From Blepharisma stoltei ATCC 30299 (Eukaryota > Protista > Ciliophora), in contig CBFDEM010000043.1 in the NCBI GenBank assembly GCA_965603825.1, positions 186,001-250,000 of the forward strand: 64,000 bases of DNA, written 5' to 3'. The position numbers and the translations under genes are program-made. Under the pieces are notes generated by a model. It did no database searches. It was not told the origin of the DNA and saw nothing but the letters and a program-made list of their open reading frames with translations. The first letter of the stretch is position 1. Each line of letters starts with the position of its first letter. This document shows, piece after piece, positions 61,054-64,000 of the stretch.

Positions 61054-62493
61054 ATGCCTTCATCAATTTTTTCACAGGCAGAAACTCTCAAAGAGAGCCA
61101 TTTCTGAACTTCTATTAAAAGCTCAGACTGTGAAGAATTTGGTGAAATTGTATATTATGGACCACTTAGCCGGATAAGTCCTTCAGGCAGCTTATATGAA
61201 AGCAATTATTATTTAACCAGTAAAAAGATTATTTATTTCCAGCTTTCAGATGACATCATCAAATTGTCTAATTTAAGCTGGAAAGTCATTGAGCCTTATA
61301 TAGAAGAAGGAAATCCCAGGAAATATGGTTTCAGGGTTTCCAATGGAATTTCTTGTAAATATTTTTACACTAAATCGTCAGAAGATCTTGATAAGTGGCT
61401 TGATCATTTATCGTATGCAGGAATTATGACTGATATAGAAAATGATTATCAATTTCTTAAGCAAATTGGTAATGGGAGCTTTGCAGCTGTTTATTTAGCT
61501 AAAGATTTAGATACCAAAAAATTTTATGCAATAAAATCCATAAGCAAAAACATTGTCCAAAACAGCAAAAATAACTTTGAGCAGACTATTCGTGAAATAG
61601 AAATCATGAGGCAGCTTGATCATCCGAACATTGCAAAGCTTCATAAAATATACGAAAGCCATAGTCACATCCATTTAATTATGGATTACATTCCTGGCAG
61701 CACTCTTTTACAGAGAATCATTTCAAAAGGCCCACTATCAGAAGAAAAAGCAATAAAATTTATAGAGAAACTACTAAGAGTTTTGAGGTATTTAGGATCA
61801 AAAAATATTGTACATAGAGATATTAAGCCAGAAAACATTTTAATGGCAGATGACAACGATGATACTAATTTTAAATTAATCGACTTTGGGCTGGCTTGCG
61901 TCGTAAGCGGAAAACTTACAGCAAGCTGTGGCTCACCTGGCTATGTAGCTCCTGAAATTTTAAGGAAAATCCCTTATGACTCAAAAGTTGACGTTTTTAG
62001 CGCTGGGATTATTCTTTTTATTTTATTGTCTGGAAGATCTCCATTTTCTACGGGGTCTCCGAAAGAAACCCTCACAAAAAATAGAGACTGTTTTATAAGC
62101 TTTTCAGATAAGTATTGGGGTAATATATCAAGACAAGCAATAAATGTAGTTATAAAACTAACCCAAGCCAGTCCTTTATTAAGGCCTTCTGCTAAAGAAG
62201 CCTTATCTTATGACTTTTTTAAAGGAATCAATAAGGACTCTGCAACTACGAGAAGCAGTTTGATATCACCACCTAACTCTGCTGGCCTTGTAAATATTTG
62301 GCCTAAGAGTTATTCACCTGTAGAAAAAGTTGATTTAAGAAAAAATAGGATATCAACTGATAAAAATAAGCTTCCAGTTTTAGGTGAAAAACATAGGTTG
62401 AGCTTGAGGCATGCAAGCACACCTATGCTGAATAATGTGAAAAGAGTGAAAATGATATTAAGAAGTGATGCAGAAACTCCAAAATTAAGATAA
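61054..62493 (+). CDS. CAMK-group Ser/Thr kinase with N-terminal PH-like region
   Basis: ATG 61054 is in frame via TGA=Trp; GNGSFA.V, AIK, HRDIKPEN, DFG, CGSPGYVAPE. Confidence 0.9.
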
Positions 62494-62991
62494 TCCTATT
62501 TTATTATTTAATTGGTAAATTTAAAGCTTTAAGGCTATTGTTTAAATCATTCTGAGTGATTTTTTTGTGATTTCAATTTGAATTATTTTTATTTAAATTT
62601 CATATTAGCGTCATAAATCGTAATAAATTGCTATATTGATGATTAAAAATAGAGTTTAGGGTACTTGTCTTACACAGTCTTAGTTTGATAGGCATCTTGA
62701 AACTATAAATTATTTTCATTTGGCTTTTAAAAACAGCCACAAAGATAATGCCGTTTAAAAAAGGGTCAATTAGAATCAGCAGTGTCTTATTCACTCTGTA
62801 TATTTTGGCAATCATAATTTACCAAAAATTTTTTGATAGTTTGATATTTGGTCTTTAGAATAGTTAGAATAGGTAAAATTATCAGACAAATAATCTGATA
62901 AGAAGTCAATTCCCCAATAATTGCTTAAATATTAAAATGTCCAAAAATAGTTATGCACTAATACTAAGTGATTTATTAGCAAGATACTTAC

Positions 62992-63993
62992 TTATGAGCT
63001 ATTATTACCAATCGATAATAGACGATCAGTATCTGTATATGCTAATAATAAAAAGTTTTTGGTATCTTCTTGATCACCAGCAAAAATATCCTGCAAAATT
63101 TCCTTAAATCTCCTTCATTTCTCGCAACAAAGCTCACTATGATTTAGCTCCTCACAACAAGAAAAGTTGTAAAACGAACCACTATAATTGTTATCTTTGA
63201 AAACTATTTCAAGGTAACAATAAAATGCTGTTCTTATGTACTTAGAATCAAATAAACATTTCAAGCAGTCGCTATTATATGATTTAAATCTTGATCCAGG
63301 AACTTTGATATTTAGTTTTTTAAAGTCTTCGTCATGATATGTAAGGCAATAAGTAAGAACATGTAAATCATAAAAATTATTCTTTGTTCGCTTTATTTTC
63401 TCATGATTTTTGCAAACGGAGCGAAAATCCCTTATTAAGCATGGCTTTAGATGCTTTAGAAGTGGATGAGTTAATGTTGATACTCCGTTTTCTTCTATTC
63501 TTTGTTCAAATTTTTTCATAATTTCATACAAGTCTTGCCTTTTCATATTTATTGGATAATTGCTTTCAAATTTTACATTTGTAGAATCATAATTTTGACT
63601 TTCTTCTTGGGAAATTCTACTTTTTTTTGCTGGTTTTACTCTAAAATTGGACTTTCCTCTGCATCTTTTCTTTTTTATCTTTGACTCTTCCCCAGCAGCA
63701 GTTTCCGATCCTGCTAAATTTATTTTTCCTTCACTTTCTTTCTGCTTCTCATTTCTGCTTTCTTTAGAAGCAGTTTCTCTTGTTGAAGCATTTGAATCTG
63801 TTTCAAATTTATTGAATTTATTCGCAACATCTAACAAACGAAAAAAATCAATTCCTCCTTCCCAGTCACTCTCGTGTATTTTGTCATCGGGGAAAATTTT
63901 AAAGGGATGCGATGATTTCTGAGTAACTTGTGGAAATGCATCTTGATTAGTGCTACATTTAATTATATTTTGAGGGTTTAGAGCTCCACTCAT
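62992..63993 (-). CDS. Hypothetical, likely nuclear protein with C-terminal CC-x4-H-x3-C motif
   Basis: KIKKKRCR NLS-like; FKSYNS..FSCCEELNHSELCCEKW; TGA at 63115 read as Trp extends to TAA 62992-62994. The start could lie beyond the window. Confidence 0.7.
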
Positions 63994-64000
63994 TGATAAA

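Noticed and set aside
771-63922. Numerous short antisense/overlapping ORFs in the track (e.g. 5754-6089, 11681-12082, 35823-36275, 55185-55712)
   Set aside because: They overlap well-supported genes on the opposite strand and have no motifs.

Overview
AT-rich, gene-dense eukaryotic DNA from a heterotrich ciliate, most likely Blepharisma. Two signatures support this: TGA is read as Trp (it aligns with TGG between paralogues and supplies the SH3 'WW' and papain-type 'NSW' motifs; genes end only in TAA/TAG), and there are 15-16 nt GT-AG introns. The standard-code ORF track therefore fragments most genes, so I re-read them by hand. Contents: housekeeping genes (ELYS-like nucleoporin, degenerate pyruvate kinase, ODAD1/CCDC114-like, eIF3i, kinases, DAAT-like aminotransferase, dsRBD-DZF protein, methyltransferase); three tandem GH25 lysozymes; and a ~26 kb array of nine ~720-aa membrane hybrid histidine kinases (TM-PAS-HisKA-HATPase-REC), one frameshifted and one inverted, with two convergent Zn-ribbon/CCCW paralogues between the last two. 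There is also a near full-length APE-RT non-LTR retrotransposon and a diverged 3' fragment of the same family. Both copies share a C-terminal PCNA PIP-box-like motif and a covarying double-hairpin 3' end with the stop codon in a hairpin loop. A papain-like peptidase domain and a NACHT-less pentapeptide/WD40 protein become readable only with UGA=Trp.
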